This document shows positions 37,728-51,442 of a DNA stretch of 64,000 bases, in pieces (positions within the stretch are counted from its first letter, which is position 1; each line of letters starts with the position of its first letter). Source of the stretch: Macrostomum lignano (lineage: Eukaryota). Position numbers and translations under genes: made by a program. The notes under the pieces were generated by a model. The model was not told where the DNA came from, did no database searches, and worked only from the letters and a program-made list of their open reading frames with translations. Location: NCBI GenBank assembly GCA_002269645.1, contig NIVC01000763.1:186001-250000 (forward strand), given 5' to 3'.

Positions 37728-39478
37728 TATATGAAATCTAGCATATTATCTTTGTTCTTCATTGAAAGCATAGTTGTAAATTGCAATTAGGTCTATCTAA
37801 AATAACACTTTTCATATAAGAAATTGATACATGAATCCAGATTTCCCTTTTAGTTTACAATAAATAAATATAATGTATATATATGATGAGATGAAATAGG
37901 TACCCTAAAATTAATTTGTCACTTTTTAAAACTAAAACGGTCCCACAAATTCTACGAAGTTAAATATTATAACAAACAAATTATTTATTACGGATTCAAA
38001 ATCTTTTTTGTCCACGCTGACTAGCAAGTTGAGAATCTGTAGAGCTAATGAAAAAATCGAAATGCTGTCTGGATAATTTTCTCTCAGAAAATGTAAGAAA
38101 ATTTGATTCCATCCCCTTTATGTTCATAAAATGAAAAACTGAAAACGCATTTAAATCAAACTAATTGATGGATCAACTGACAGGCTGTTTATAATTATAA
38201 GGTGCTTAGCATTAATGCTGAACAATTAAACAGTTACATGCACCATGTTTATCCCAAGGAACACTGGTTTATGCACGGTACAAACTACTCTCGGCTTGCA
38301 GCAGGTATAGTACATATGTACATGTTATCGTGTGCTTATAGTGTTGTCTACGTGCAAAGATCTTTTTGGGCCTGAAGAACCACAGCTTTTACTCGATTTC
38401 AGGCTGGGTTATGCCTCAGGCTGTGCCTCAGGCTCGGAGGCACCGCGCGCAGGTGTCGCGGTCTCTGATGCAAAAACCAATCAGGATTTTTGATGCCTTT
38501 GCTTTTTTAGTAGATCATTCATCTTACACATGTAAGCGCAGCATTTCTATATCCTATATGAATGAAGAAGGTAACGAAAAATCCAATAATAACTGAATAT
38601 GGAATGCCACATTGATTATTGATTCACGGAAAAGACATATATATCAATAATGCTAATAAAATTAGGACAGAGCGGCAAAACCCAATAAAATTTCTCTTCT
38701 GTTACCAAGTGAACGCGGGCTTGTGGATTATTCAAGATTTGAGACCAACCTTGAGCTGACGAACAGATGGATAGCGATGACTGACGCATTTTTCGGTGTG
38801 AGAATGCATCAATTCGGCATTGCAGATCATTATTATAACTGCAGGCAGCTAATCAGCCGAAATTTAATAATATAATGACGAATACCTAAATACCGAACTC
38901 TAGCTCATACCTAAAGAGGCGAATCACCGGATTTTCACTTCAGTAATTATTAAAGGTAATTAAGCTAATGAAAAATTAAATAAAACATTCAAGTTCAAAA
39001 ATAAATCTCAAATATAGAAAATTTTTAGCTTTTTTATTTGTTTCTCAATTGGATCTTGAGTCGAATCAGGAGTGCGAGGGCCAAAATGTGGTGTGTCAAC
39101 GCGACACCCAAACCCTCATTCGCGGACCGATTGAGGCTGACTGCAATTAGTCTGTTCAATTTACGCAGAACAGATTCGCTAAAGTTTCGCTAAAATTATC
39201 ATAACTTTCCTTAGGGCAGAACTATAACTTTCATAGTGTTGCTATGTTTTTTCACAGGGTTTGGTGGGTATAGCGTTGCCAACCCAGGTCCCAATTCTAG
39301 AATCCCTTGTCTTAGCTTGATTAGGCGCATGCTGTCTCATTGGAATTCTGAGCAGATGCGGGCTCCATCAGCCTGCTCAGCTTTTACCCGATGCCGCCCC
39401 GTCGGCATTGGCTGAGGCGCAACGCTATAAAAACGGCATCGCCAAAACTCCTCCCTGACAGCAGGCAACACTGAGAAC

Positions 39479-39857
39479 ATGGACGGCTCCATACTGAGCC
39501 TGATTCTTCTGCAACTCGTAGCGACCCCCTCCGTTCTTGCCATCAATAGGGAGGTCGGCAGCTCGAATCCCTTTAAGCACAGTTGGCTCCACGAGCACTC
39601 GCGCCTGCCGCCCGACCTGGAGATCGAAGGTCGAACCCGTCAATTCCCCAACGTCAGCGTCTTCCGGGTGCTTCGTCACGGCTGCTTCGACCTGGACGTG
39701 ACGCAGTTCTGCGGCAACCGGCTCAGCGGCTACGCCTGCCTGTTCTGGATCGACACGCACGCTGCGGACAAAGCCAACAGTGTCAACGACGCGGCAAAAC
39801 TGGAGGACAATCTCAGGAAGGCTGGCCTGGATGCCAGCTTCTTTGAGACGCTTGACT
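39479..39857 (+). CDS. Divergent class A-like 7TM receptor, exon 1 (signal peptide plus extracellular domain)
   Basis: MDGSILSLILLQLVATPSVLA signal-like; donor GAC T|gtgag phase 1 joins the acceptor at 39983 in frame. Confidence 0.72.
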
Positions 39858-39983
39858 GTGAGATGATCGTCTGATTTTGGATGCCTCAAATCGGAGTAAA
39901 AAATCCATAGCCAAAACTTCATGTAGCCGAAACTTAATATTTCAAATACTCGTATCTTACTAATTCCATAAATTCACCCACAG

Positions 39984-41377
39984 TCTCAAGCGGAGTCGGC
40001 GAAGTTTCTCAACAGGCCGGCGCCTTGTCGTCAGGTAATTTCGCTGAGGCAGACTTTAAGTTAGTAAGCAGCTTTAACGGCTCCGCTGCCACGCGCACTT
40101 TTCGCGGCCTTCCGCCGCTGGTGGAATCGACGGAGGACGATGAGCATGAGCCAGTCTCCGACGGAAGTCGACAGCAGCGTCCGCAGCAGCCACTGCCGCA
40201 GAAATCCGATGAAGAGCAGCCGGACTGCTCCGTTTACAGAGGCCGAGAAGACATCCCAGCTCACTGGCGTCGACCGTTTGCCGTCGGCCTGCCATTCGTC
40301 ATCGTGATTGGAGGATTCGGCTGCGCCGCCACCGCGCTCGCCTTCACCCGCCTCGGCCGTCGCAATCTGCCAGTCTGCTGTTATCTTGCCGTAGTGTCCT
40401 GCGTTGACGTTCTGGAGCTGCTCATCCGAGCTGGAGATCTCTGGCTACGCGCGGTCTCCAGCACCGAAGTGACGTTTATGCTGGTGTTTGCCTGCCAGAC
40501 CTGCTGCCAGGTTTATCCGATGGTATACAATTTTGCGCACCAGTTGCGGCAGTTCTGCTGCGTAGCCGCCGCAGTGGACACTCTGCAGCTCTACAATCGG
40601 CCTGCCCAAGCTTACAGCCGACTAACCCGGGATCGAGTGTTCAACAGCTGCGCCCTGTTCTGCGCCATCCTGCTCAGCGTCAACTGCCAGTTTCTCTGGA
40701 CGTTCAGCTTGTCGCGCACGGACGGGGACAGCCCGGCAGGAAACCGGGGCTACCACTGCGGCTTCTCGGACAAGTGGGTGTCGCTCGTCTATCGATCGCT
40801 GGTCTGGCCGGGACTTGACTTCTTTCTCGGCGACTTTCTGCCAACTGTCGCGGCTATCTGCTGCGGCGCCGGCGTTCTCTGCCTGCGCATTCGACGACGA
40901 CATCACGCGACGGCGCGAGGAGCTAGCGACGCGGCTGTCAAGGAGGAGCTGCGACTGGCGGCACTGCTGGCCTCAGTGGGCTGGCTGCCGCTCTGCTTAC
41001 CCGAAGTCGCATTCCATGCCTACCGCCTGTGGTCAAGCGCCGAGCACACGCTCCGGCACCACATTCTGCCGCCGCAGAGTCTCCGCCGACTGTTGGACAA
41101 TCGACAAGCGCACCTGGGCTGGGCAGATCGAAAAAACCAGCAGGTGTTTTATTTTAGCGTCGACACGAGCTGCTGGCTGGCCCGGCTAGTCTGGCTGTGC
41201 GGTCGAGCCGCGCTTTTGGCGTTGGCGTCGCCGCCGTTTCGAAAGGAAATCGGACAGATTTTCCTGCGACCAGTTCTGAAGCTTGCGGAGCCGGCGATGA
41301 TGCGGTGGGGCTGTGGCCGGAACCACCGGGCTGACGGCGAAGCAGAGATTGTTGAGATGGTATCTAGCGAAGTGTGA
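39984..41377 (+). CDS. Divergent class A-like 7TM receptor, exon 2 (seven TM segments)
   Basis: Acceptor cacccacag|TC; seven hydrophobic segments, TM3 Cys and ECL2 YHC, TM5 WPGLDFFLGDFLP, helix 8 SPPFRKEI; total 590 aa. Confidence 0.8.
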
Positions 41378-41397
41378 TCGAACTGTTTTCTGTAGAA

Positions 41398-41722
41398 TTT
41401 TTATTAGAGGCAGGGGCTGCGTGCACCCTGGTGCACTTTAAGCGACATTGTCGCACAACCGGCGAGAGGCATTGCTGCATATTCCGCCGACTCCCCTGAG
41501 AAGGCACACAAGCGCGCGGATACGTACGCAGTCATACGCACAGGAACACACTCACACAGGAGAGTACAGCGGCCTTGGGGTTGGCCTTCAAGGGCGTTAA
41601 TTGCACGAGCAGACCCAAGCCGAGATTCCAATTTAGCCCTAAATTAATGTGACTGCATTCGGGATCGAGTCTGGGCCGCAGGCAAATAAGAGAGCCGTGC
41701 TAGACCACTAGGCTACGGCTCT
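41398..41722 (-). mobile_element. tRNA-derived SINE (family B), apparently full length
   Basis: Minus strand: AGAGCCGTAGCCTAGTGGTCTAGC (A box), GACTCGATCCC (B-box-like), A-rich tail; about 175 bp shared with 53068-53299. Confidence 0.82.
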
Positions 41723-43235
41723 CCTCAATTCTAGAGTTTTAATTGGTAGATTAAATTGATTTCATACTCACATCAAAACGGGGCAATGTTAAACAACCTC
41801 TAATTGCCAGCAAGCTTTAAACCTTGAAATTTGGAATCAATTTTCAGTCAAACGAATTGCAAGTACGAGTACATGACTTTTAAAAATCGATTTTTGATGA
41901 AAATCAGCTGCAAAATATTTTTTATCTGTAAGCCTGTCCCTTTCGTGGTGGTGGCAATTGACTGGTCGGGCATGCCCTGTTTGATAGCTCTCTTCCTTGC
42001 TTTGTCTACTTTGTACACTCTGTGTACTTTCTCTCTCTTCGTCGCACCCCTCCCACTCCGTCTCTCTACCCCGTGCGCATCCCCCTCCCTCCCTCTTCAT
42101 TTCTCTACCCCGTGCGCACCCACCTCCCTCCCTCCCTCTTCGTTTCTCTACCCCGTGCGCACCCACCTCCCCCAATCTGGTTTTAAGGCTTTCTCGCGTT
42201 GATTTAGCTTGCTTTAATTGTCTGTTTGCGCGGAGTCAATTTTTGTCTTTTGTTGCTCTCGTCTATCCTAGTTCATATAATTGCTACTCCTATCCCTTAA
42301 TTCTCATTGATTTCTTTTTAGTATTCTCGCGTCGAAATAAATTCATATTAACTGTTGTAACTCTATGGGGCTCTTTGATCACTTGCCTCACTCCACCATG
42401 TTGATGTTCACGTCTTGTCTTCCTTCGTGCTCCGACCGTGAAATTAACAACGAAAAACAAAAAGTTTTCCTCAAAGCGTCATTAAAAGAACGAAAGATAG
42501 CCAAACTGAAAATGTCACTACAATGTTTACTATGTAGCTCATTGCTTATGACTGAACTCGCCACTAATTGACGAAATACACAAGTACCGATGGAAGCAGG
42601 TTTAGTTATATTCGACTCCTTAAACCTTCTATTGTAGGCTTTATGAACGCATAGCTGTGTAAATTCGGTTGGGATATAAATTCACTTTTTTCGTTCAAAG
42701 GATGCTACTATAAGTAGTATTACAGTGAAGGGGACTCCGCCGGAAAACAGCTGTACAATACACATTTAGCATACAAAACCCAGAAACCTTTTGTTGCGTT
42801 CGTATCGTGTCAAAGCTCAATCTGTAGCTTGAAAATGCTTCAAAATCGCAGTGGTAAACTATTTTTAAATTAAATAGACATCCAATTTGCACTGAACTAA
42901 AGTTCCTCAACCCAGTTTTGTCTAAGGCTATTTGTCTGACCTATCAAACGTGCACATGGGAATGCAGCACTAATATTATCTATACAATTATAGATATACT
43001 TGACGTTCACAAGTTAACGTGAATTTTCAATTAACACCGACTCAATCAAAAAGTTGCTTTAAACAGAAGGCCTCAGAACGCTTCCGAAGCTTGAAATGTA
43101 AGTTTGGACTTCTTGTCGTGATTGAAAGTGCTTGACAACTTCTCACTGAAACGGAAAATCGAAGGCGTAAAAATGCACTTTTGACTGTAGGTTTTAAGCC
43201 GCGAAAACTATATTTGGACAGGCCAATGAACGACT

Positions 43236-44700
43236 ATGGCAAGCTTTTTCAACCAGTATATTTTGCTACTTCTGATCTTATGCAAGTTAAAGGGCCTTAA
43301 ATTTCTACTAATGGCTTTGCTGATTGCGTGCGCTTTCTCGAATCACTTCATCTACGGAATTGTTCGGCTGGCGATTTCCTCAATACAGATTGAAAACTTT
43401 CAGACTGTTGCCCCAGGCGATGTTGCGAAGCGCACTGTAATTCTCGGCAACTGGGACCATTTTCAGCAGGAGAAATCCATTATCGAACAGTACTACTCTG
43501 CTGGAGGTTTGAACAAAATCGAAGTTACATTTAACAATTGTCGGCGCGATGACGACTGCGAGCAAGCGTTTTTCTCAGCCCTGGTCGGTAGGATGTCGGA
43601 GAAGTTCACCAGTCTGGTAAATTTTCCAGACAATGGAAAGAGTCCGGCGGAACTGCTTTGTCAGACTAGAAGAGGACACGAACTGCACTGCGCCCTGCTC
43701 GGCAGCTTACTGCTCATGACTCAAATCAGCCAGAGACTGCGGCGATTCGGAACGGTAAAAATGTTTCAGGCAATTGTTGACGCGCAACGCGAACTGGACT
43801 TGCCGGAGCCTGCAACTCTGTGCGCAAAACATCCAGACTTCAGGACTGTGATGCCGTACACAATAACTGTGCAAGTGATTCTGCTGCTCTTCAGCTTTTG
43901 CTTTTATGCTTTGGTATCTACAGTGGCTTGCGTTTGCCAACTGAAAGATCGAGGCTTCCTGCAGATGCTTTTCCAAAGGGGACTGTCGGTGCAGGCCTAC
44001 TGGCTGACTCTGTGGACAGTCACTATAGCTGAGCTGGCGATTGTCTCCGCTGCTCTGATCGTGTCCTACCACAGTCAGTGCCCCGCGTTTTACTCGGCAA
44101 GCCGCCTCTCTGCCGTATTTTTTGCTGCCATAATCCACATGGCCTGTCTGGCATCTGGGATCCTGTTGCTGACAATCCTGATGCGCGACAGTTTCCAGCT
44201 TGGCTTGGTCGCTGTAATTCTTACACTTCTATGCGTCTCAGTGGCCGTAATGCTAAGGGCGTCTCAAGGTCTATTGAAAGGCAAGCTGAAGATTATCCGG
44301 CACCTGTCTATAGTGCTGGCGCCGGGTCACATGGCTGAGCGGCTGCAGGAGGCCTTGCTCAAGCACGTCGAGTATGGGGATTCCAACAGTTATCAGGATG
44401 GGTGGAGTGCAGTCAGCTACTGCCTACTTGCTTTTATAATAATATTGACACTCTACTTGGACTATGTGCTGCCACATGGCAACGGGTTCCGGCTGCCCCT
44501 GCTCTATCTATTCATGATGGGCTTTTGGGTGCGAAATCGCGGCGTGAAAGTACCAACAGCTGGTCAAGAAAAATCAAACTACTCAAAAATGGAGACTGAG
44601 AGCGAGTTTCAAATTCCCATTGTCTGGCTCAGAAACCTGGTCAAACGATGCTCCTCGAGAGGCGACAAGAATAATTGGACCTCGGCGATTGTCGAGTCTG
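43236..44700 (+). CDS. ABCA-family transporter paralogue 1, exon 1 (TMD1)
   Basis: Multi-TM, LPHGNGFRLPLLYLF ABCA post-TMD motif; donor TCT G|gtaagt. Confidence 0.88.
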
Positions 44701-44777
44701 GTAAGTCAGTGCTTTCGATATGCTTTATACTTTCGATAAACACAGTCTTACAATTGTTTTTAACATTTTTCCGGCAG

Positions 44778-47473
44778 TGACTTTTTACCAAGACTGCATT
44801 GCCGCCATTGTGGGCCACGGCAAGTCAGGCAAGACAACGATCGGAAATATCCTGTCGGCAATCGACAGTCCAGACTGCGGCTTCGTCTCGATTAACGACT
44901 GCGACATAAGCAGCTCGGCAGCCAGGATTCATATGAAATCATTCATAGGCCATTGTCAGCAGAAAAATTGCCTGTCTCATGGATTGACTCTAAATGATTC
45001 TATTAGACTACTGTTAGTAAGCTGCAAGCATACCAATTGCGAAGTAGAGCTGGATAAATTTCTAGAAGCTTTCAATCTTGCAGAGAAGAGAACAGCCACA
45101 GTTGGTTCCATGAGTTCGAGTGAAAGAAGACTGCTTTGCTTTGTCCTTGCTTTGTTGGGCGAGCCGAAACTGTTAGTGCTGGATGAGCCCACGAGAGGTC
45201 TGGATCCGTACATGAGACGGCGTATCTGGAACTTTCTGCAAGAGTTTAAAACAGATCGATGCATCATTTTCATTACCAAGCATATTGATGAGGCGGAGCT
45301 TCTGGCTGATCGAGTGCTATTTACAGCAAATGGCAAAGTTGTATGCGGCGGCTCGGTTCCGTTTCTACAGAAGCTGTTTACCTGCGGCTATAAATTTAAC
45401 ATTGAGTTGAAAATTGAACGACTGGCCAGAGCTATTATGCATGACCTGCGCGGGAGGCTAAAACATATCAGATCCAGTAGCGTGTGCAAAAGTAACATCA
45501 AGCTGGAATTGAGCTCAATGGACAGCAAGTTGCTTTCAACTGTGACAGCAGAGCTGGAACGCCTCTCCGATCATATTCAGTCCATGAGCTTAACATCAAC
45601 TAGCTTGCGTGAGATGTTCTCTAAGCTCAGGGACCAATCGTCAGACGAGATCGCTACCATGCTCGACCCTGACCCAGTGCAAACTGAATCAGACGCAAGC
45701 ACGACTGAAAAAATGAGTGTGCTCTCTGGAGCTTCTAGGAAACCATCGGTGGCCGGTACTGTACTCTCCTTAACATGCAGCGATCCGCCTCCGTGGCCCT
45801 GGGTTGACAGCTTTGCAACACTGATGTTTGTCCGACTGCTAAGAAACAGACCCAAGATTGCACGGCGATTGGGTGCTGCGGCTGTACTGTTGGCTCTTCT
45901 CATCGCTCTGGCGGCGATGGAGCGAATGGCGAAAAATGACGAGCTGCAGGTGCACCAGCTGATTGGCAATGCCAGCCTTGCCGCCCTGGACTTTGCCGAC
46001 TGTTTGACTGATGCGGACGCGTTCAACTCTGCATCGAGCGCGTTTCACGGAGACATCCAGACCGGGAACTGCTTTCATCCTCAATCACCAACGAGGAAAC
46101 TCAACTCAATGAGCAAGCTTAGCTGGCAAAGCTTTCGAGCTCACTATCTGAGCAATCCGGACATGTACAAGGCGCTCTTATCCTATTGTAAAGAGGCAAG
46201 CGGCTGCACTTCTCCGTATCGAATAGCGTATGTGTCGAACACGTGCACTTGTCCAGTGGAATTCAATCAAATCAGAGAAGTCTACACTGGATCGGTCATC
46301 GACTATAGGCATTATTCCTCACATTTGATGGCAGAAAAAGCGCTTGAAACATTTCGGCATGTATTGAAATATTATGCAGCTAACTTTGTTAAAAATGGTT
46401 CAAATCAAGGCCTGATGGTAAACGTGGTCTACGACTTTAGAAGCATGACTATACCCACGTTTGGAGCATTCTTTCAGCTGCTGCTAATTGCAAGCATGCC
46501 AGCAATGCTAATTGAGGACATCGCCGAGGAAAGCAAGCTGAGAAGAATTCTCGCAATTATGGGCTTAAGCAGAGTCCCGTACTGGCTTTCGATATTTCTG
46601 CTTCATTGGACTCAATGCGCGACAGTGTACGTGCTCAGCGTTGCAGTTCTAGTCAGCATCATCTCCAGCGGCTACCTGAGCTTGCACTACCTAGTTGGAA
46701 TTGTACTGCCGACCTTGGTACTGGGCATTTCAAGCAACCAGTTGCTCGTCCACCTGATCAGTAGATTATTTGATGGATCAGCTGCTCAAGTGGCTGCCAG
46801 CTACTACCTGGTCTGCAGCTTCAGCGTGCTGTCATTGCTGGCGGCGCAGCTCAGCAACCGGGCCGGTCTCGCCCTGCTGTTTTTACTGCCGCCGGTGGCC
46901 AGCATGTCGCCTACGTTCTATGGATCAAAGTTGATCTTCTATGCGCTGTCTTATCACAGGGCGCGTACCATGTCCGGCGTCCCTGACGGGGCTGAACTGT
47001 ACTTTGGTCAGACGCATTTAATGTACTCTGTACTAGCCATGCTCATTCACTGTGCTCTGCTCTGCGCTGTATTAGTTTTAACTGAGCGACATCGAAAGCA
47101 GAGCAACGTGCTTCGTGAGCAAAGCCGCTGCGATGACTCAATCAGCAGAGTCCAGTCAGTGCAAGAGTTCATCGTCCGCGATGACGCTTTGCTCCACGTG
47201 CGTCACCTCCGGGTGACGTTCTCAAACGGCTCTGCTGAAGCAGTCAAAGATCTGGCATTCAGTGCGGCGGCGGGCGAAATCCTAGGCTTCGTAGGACCGA
47301 ACGGTTCTGGAAAATCAACGATTCTGGAGGCGCTGGCAGGCGGACTGGCCGGAGCTGAATGCAGCGGAGAGTCACTTCTGCGCCAGCCCGGCGAGGACTG
47401 GCGGGAGTGCAGCTGTGCGGATCCGGAGGGGTGCGTTGGCTTCTGGCCTCGATGGGGACCGCTGTTTCCGCAG
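44778..47473 (+). CDS. ABCA paralogue 1, exon 2 (NBD1, TMD2, start of NBD2)
   Basis: ccggcag|TG; GHGKSGKTT, LDEPTRGLDP, GPNGSGKST; donor CCG CAG|gtgaga. Confidence 0.92.
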
Positions 47474-47559
47474 GTGAGAACTCTTTATTGACAGTCCAAT
47501 TGTTTTCTGAAATGTCAGCCAATCAAAGCCATTGCTTCATTAATAAAACGCGCTCGCAG

Positions 47560-47978
47560 ATCACTGCGCTTGAGCACCTGGCATTCTTTGCTCGCTGTCG
47601 AATGCCGCACATGCATCGCTCCCAGCTGGCAGTTCACGTTGGTGAACTGCTGCGTCTGGTAGATTTGGAGTCTGCGTGCAACACGCGTGTCGCCTGCCTG
47701 AGTAGCGAGTCGACTCGCCTACTCTGCCTGGCCGTCGCGATGCTGGGCAACCCGACTCTGTTGCTGCTTGACGGCTGCGCCAGTGACGGGCTGGACCAGC
47801 AGAGCCGCAAGGCTGTGCAGTCGGCCGTCCGGTCCTGGCTGGCCGAGAAGCCCGATAGTCGGACTGTCGTGCTTTCCAGCCGGAGTGCTGACGAGGCCGA
47901 GGAGTTGTGCAACAGCGTTGGAATTCTTAACGACGGCTTGTTGGTTCACCTGGACTCAACTGAGAGCTTCAAGCAGCT
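47560..47978 (+). CDS. ABCA paralogue 1, exon 3 (degenerate NBD2)
   Basis: ctcgcag|ATC ACT GCG CTT GAG CAC; donor CAG CT|gtgagt. Confidence 0.88.
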
Positions 47979-48084
47979 GTGAGTGTTGAGATGCTGTTGG
48001 CTTTGCGCTTCTCCACAGCTCACAACTGGGTGCGATTCTGGGCCACAAAACCAATGTAGGGCTTTCTGTAATTTTTAGGACATT

Positions 48085-48099
48085 GTCTGTGTGTCTGTG

Positions 48100-48147
<48 letters not shown>
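48085..48147. repeat. (TGTC)n microsatellite in ABCA paralogue 1 intron 3
   Basis: Direct. Confidence 0.95.
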
Positions 48148-48148
<1 letters not shown>

Positions 48149-48238
48149 TCCGAATTGATTCACGTCATGTCCCAAAAGCCCCACGCAGTCGAGACTAACA
48201 AAAACACAATCAGCGTTTCATAAACTTTTTCATTTCAG

Positions 48239-48620
48239 CCACGAGCTTCATTACTTCATTGATGTTTTATGCCTAGGCAACAAGAAATTCGACTCTGAAT
48301 TATTCGAGAGAAACTTGGCAAGAAACACCGCTGAAGAACCGCTGAAGAAGTACGCCAACTCCAGTCTAATCGAGTCGCTGCCTCACCGAGTCACATTCGT
48401 GGCAAAAATCGACCAGCCGGTGTGGAGCGCGATCAGGTGGCTCTGCCAGCTGCACGAATCCGCAGTCATCAAACTTTTCACTCTACGGCCGATGACGCTG
48501 GACAGAGTGTACAGACAGCTCATCAGAACTCGCCTCCAGCGACTGAAGACATCTGACCTGCTGGCCGACCATTCCGATGATGAGGATCAAACGGACGAGG
48601 GGGTTCGTGATGCTTCGTGA
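48239..48620 (+). CDS. ABCA paralogue 1, exon 4 (C-terminal regulatory domain, stop)
   Basis: catttcag|C CAC GAG in frame; MTLDRVYRQL resembles the ABCA TLEQVF motif; total 4962 nt (1653 aa). Confidence 0.85.
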
Positions 48621-48994
48621 CGTGACGGTGCTGAGCGTGAAATATTAAATCCGGAAAATATTATTTACGTAGCTAGTACAGAAAAAGTATTTATTATATT
48701 TATAACAAATAAAAATGACGCGTAAAAACTCTTAGTTTACAGTTTTTGTATCTCGATAAAAATCCAATAAAATTATAAGCATTTAAAGTACTGATTAAAA
48801 ACTCAAATTTAGTTCAAATTTATCACAACAATTAGTTCATATTGCACGGATTTGTAAATTTCAAGTTGATCGTTTGTTGTTAAACAGGGGTGGGAGGCGT
48901 GTGCCAGACTGATCCTCCCAAGCCACCCCCCCCCAACGACAAAATCCGAGTGTGCGTGCAAAAAGTTTTGGAAAATTTCTGAAAAGCGGTCCGG

Positions 48995-49390
48995 TCCGAG
49001 AGCGGAAACCCCAGCCGACAAGATCTATAGAGTCCCCGAGTTTTGGAAAGGGCTTTAAGATTGAAGCGAGTCTGGGCAGCTATCTTTACCAAGGGCGAGT
49101 CTCCTGTCAGGTAGGCCCCCAGGATTAGACCTCCTACATAGGGCTCAAGCCACAAGGCTATTTTCACCACCCAGCTTTAATGAATTTGGAATTTCTCGGT
49201 AGCGGTCCGAGAGCAAGGACAACTAAAGTAACGTATAGTAGTCCTTGTCCGAGAGCGAGAAACCCGAGTCTACGGAAATGGCTCTAATATTGGAGCGAGT
49301 CTGGACAGCTTATTTACCTAGGGCGAGTCTCCTATCAGGCAGGAAGCCCAGCTACCTATAGGTCTGCAAGCCTCAAGGCTTTTTCGCTAT
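48995..49390 (+). repeat. Two diverged direct copies of about 150-175 bp (48995-49170 and 49247-49390), origin unknown
   Basis: Shared GTCCGAGAGCG...GAGCGAGTCTGG...AGGGCGAGTCTCCT...CAAGGCT. Confidence 0.65.
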
Positions 49391-50291
49391 CCATGCAGCT
49401 CAGATAAGCCCAGGCCAAGGGGTTGGAGAAGGGGCACCAATGAGCAAAAGGGACCACCGGGACTCAGCTAGTTTTCCCCGATTCGGGATGAACATCAATC
49501 CCAGGACGCCAATCCACTGTCAGAGACGAGCGCCAAGACACAATAAGCAGAGAGACAACCAGAGGAGCCAGCAGATGGAACGAGGCAAGCAAGATGGAAC
49601 CAGGAAGGGCAGAGCTCATAACTCCAAAGATTGAACGGCTGAGAAAACACAAATCTAAAAGCACAAAGGGATAAAAAGAATTGGGAGGAGCGCCTGAACC
49701 CTTATTCTGGGGCTCAGCCTCAGGGCTGGCATCAGCTGGGCTCTACCGTACACTTTTGTGAATGGTCGTCTTTCCTGCAGGGCGGGTACAACCAGGGGGC
49801 TCAAGTCCCGTTCTAGCCACACTGCAGTCCAGAATCACAATCACTCCAGGTACCAAGGCAGGGTACAATGTGCATCACCTCCGGTAAGGACACTTAGAAA
49901 TTGAGCTACCCGAGGGGCAGGTCAATTGGATTGCTCACAACCCGAGAAATACCGCCAGAAGGCAGCCGGGGTAAAAACAGTCAGAGATCGGCTTTACGGT
50001 TCATTTGAAATCTAGCTATCTTTTTTACGTGTTCATTTATTGAAAAGTACTTCACTCATGAATTTACGAAAATTGAATCGTATTTCAAATGATGAACAGA
50101 ACTATGCGTTTTTCATAATTGGGTTTACAAAAATATTTCATTTTTTATTCGAACCCACCTGAACTGTCAAAACGTTTCTTCGAAAACTTCGGCATCCATA
50201 CGCTCGTATTTAACTGAAGTAGAAGATCTCTGACGCTTCTGAATGTAAAGAATTTTAAGAGAGACGGTTGTCTGTTATCGGTTATATAGAC

Positions 50292-51065
50292 TGTGGGTAA
50301 GGAGTGAGGTGGGTAAGGAGTGAGGTGGGTAAGGAGTGAGGTGGATAAGGAGTGAGGTGGATAAGGAGTGAGGTGGATAAAGAGTGAGGTGGATAAGGAG
50401 TGAGGTGGATAAGGAGTGAGGTGGATAAGGAGTGAGGTGGATAAGGAGTGAGGTGGATAAGGAGTGAGGTGGATAAGGAGTGAGGTGGATAAGGAGTGAG
50501 GTGGGTAAGGAGTGAGGTGGATAAGGAGTGAGGTGGGTAAGGAGTGAGGTGGATAAGGAGTGAGGTGGATAAGGAGTGAGGTGGATAAGGAGTGAGGTGG
50601 ATAAGGAGTGAGGTGGATAAGGAGTGAGGTGGATAAGGAGTGAGGTGGGTAAGGAGTGAGGTGGATAAGGAGTGAGGTGGGTAAGGAGTGAGGTGGATAA
50701 GGAGTGAGGTGGATAAGGAGTGAGGTGGGTAAGGAGTGAGGTGGATAAGGAGTGAGGTGGGTAAGGAGTGAGGTGGATAAGGAGTGAGGTGGGTAAGGAG
50801 TGAGGTGGATAAGGAGTGAGGTGGGTAAGGAGTGAGGTGGATAAGGAGTGAGGTGGATAAGGAGTGAGGTGGGTAAGGAGTGAGGTGGATAAGGAGTGAG
50901 GTGGATAAGGAGTGAGGTGGATAAGGAGTGAGGTGGATAAGGAGTGAGGTGGGTAAGGAGTGAGGTGGATAAGGAGTGAGGTGGGTAAGGAGTGAGGTGG
51001 ATAAGGAGTGAGGTGGGTAAGGAGTGAGGTGGATAAGGAGTGAGGTGGATAAGGAGTGAGGTGGG
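50292..51065. repeat. 16-bp minisatellite (GGTGGRTAAGGAGTGA)n
   Basis: About 48 copies, single A/G variant site. Confidence 0.98.
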
Positions 51066-51442
51066 TTAGCTTCGTTTAAAAGCATTGTATTTCAAAATCT
51101 TCTAATTCGTGTTTTTTGCATTCCTTTGACTTGAAACTAGCTTTTAATGTGCGGAATGGAATGTAGCTGAACTTACAACTTTCTCGCATAAAATTTCGAT
51201 TCCTATTCTTTCTGTAGGAGTTTTCTAAAAAAGTAGGATAATAAAAAATTATGAGTGCTTGGAATGCTGCACTGGAACTTTGCCGTTGAAAAGTTCAAAA
51301 TAAATGAACTTCTCTTTCCTATTTCTAGCGGAGAACCGCTGCTCCAGTGAGCTCCCGGCAGTTCTCTTTATTTGCTATATCAAGCTTGTAAAACCCTTTT
51401 TACCGCTAAAAATCTAGATGGCAATATTCCGGGTTTATTCTA

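Noticed and set aside
39479-39874. Stand-alone 131-aa secreted protein
   Set aside because: An in-frame GT-AG join to the 7TM ORF explains it better as exon 1
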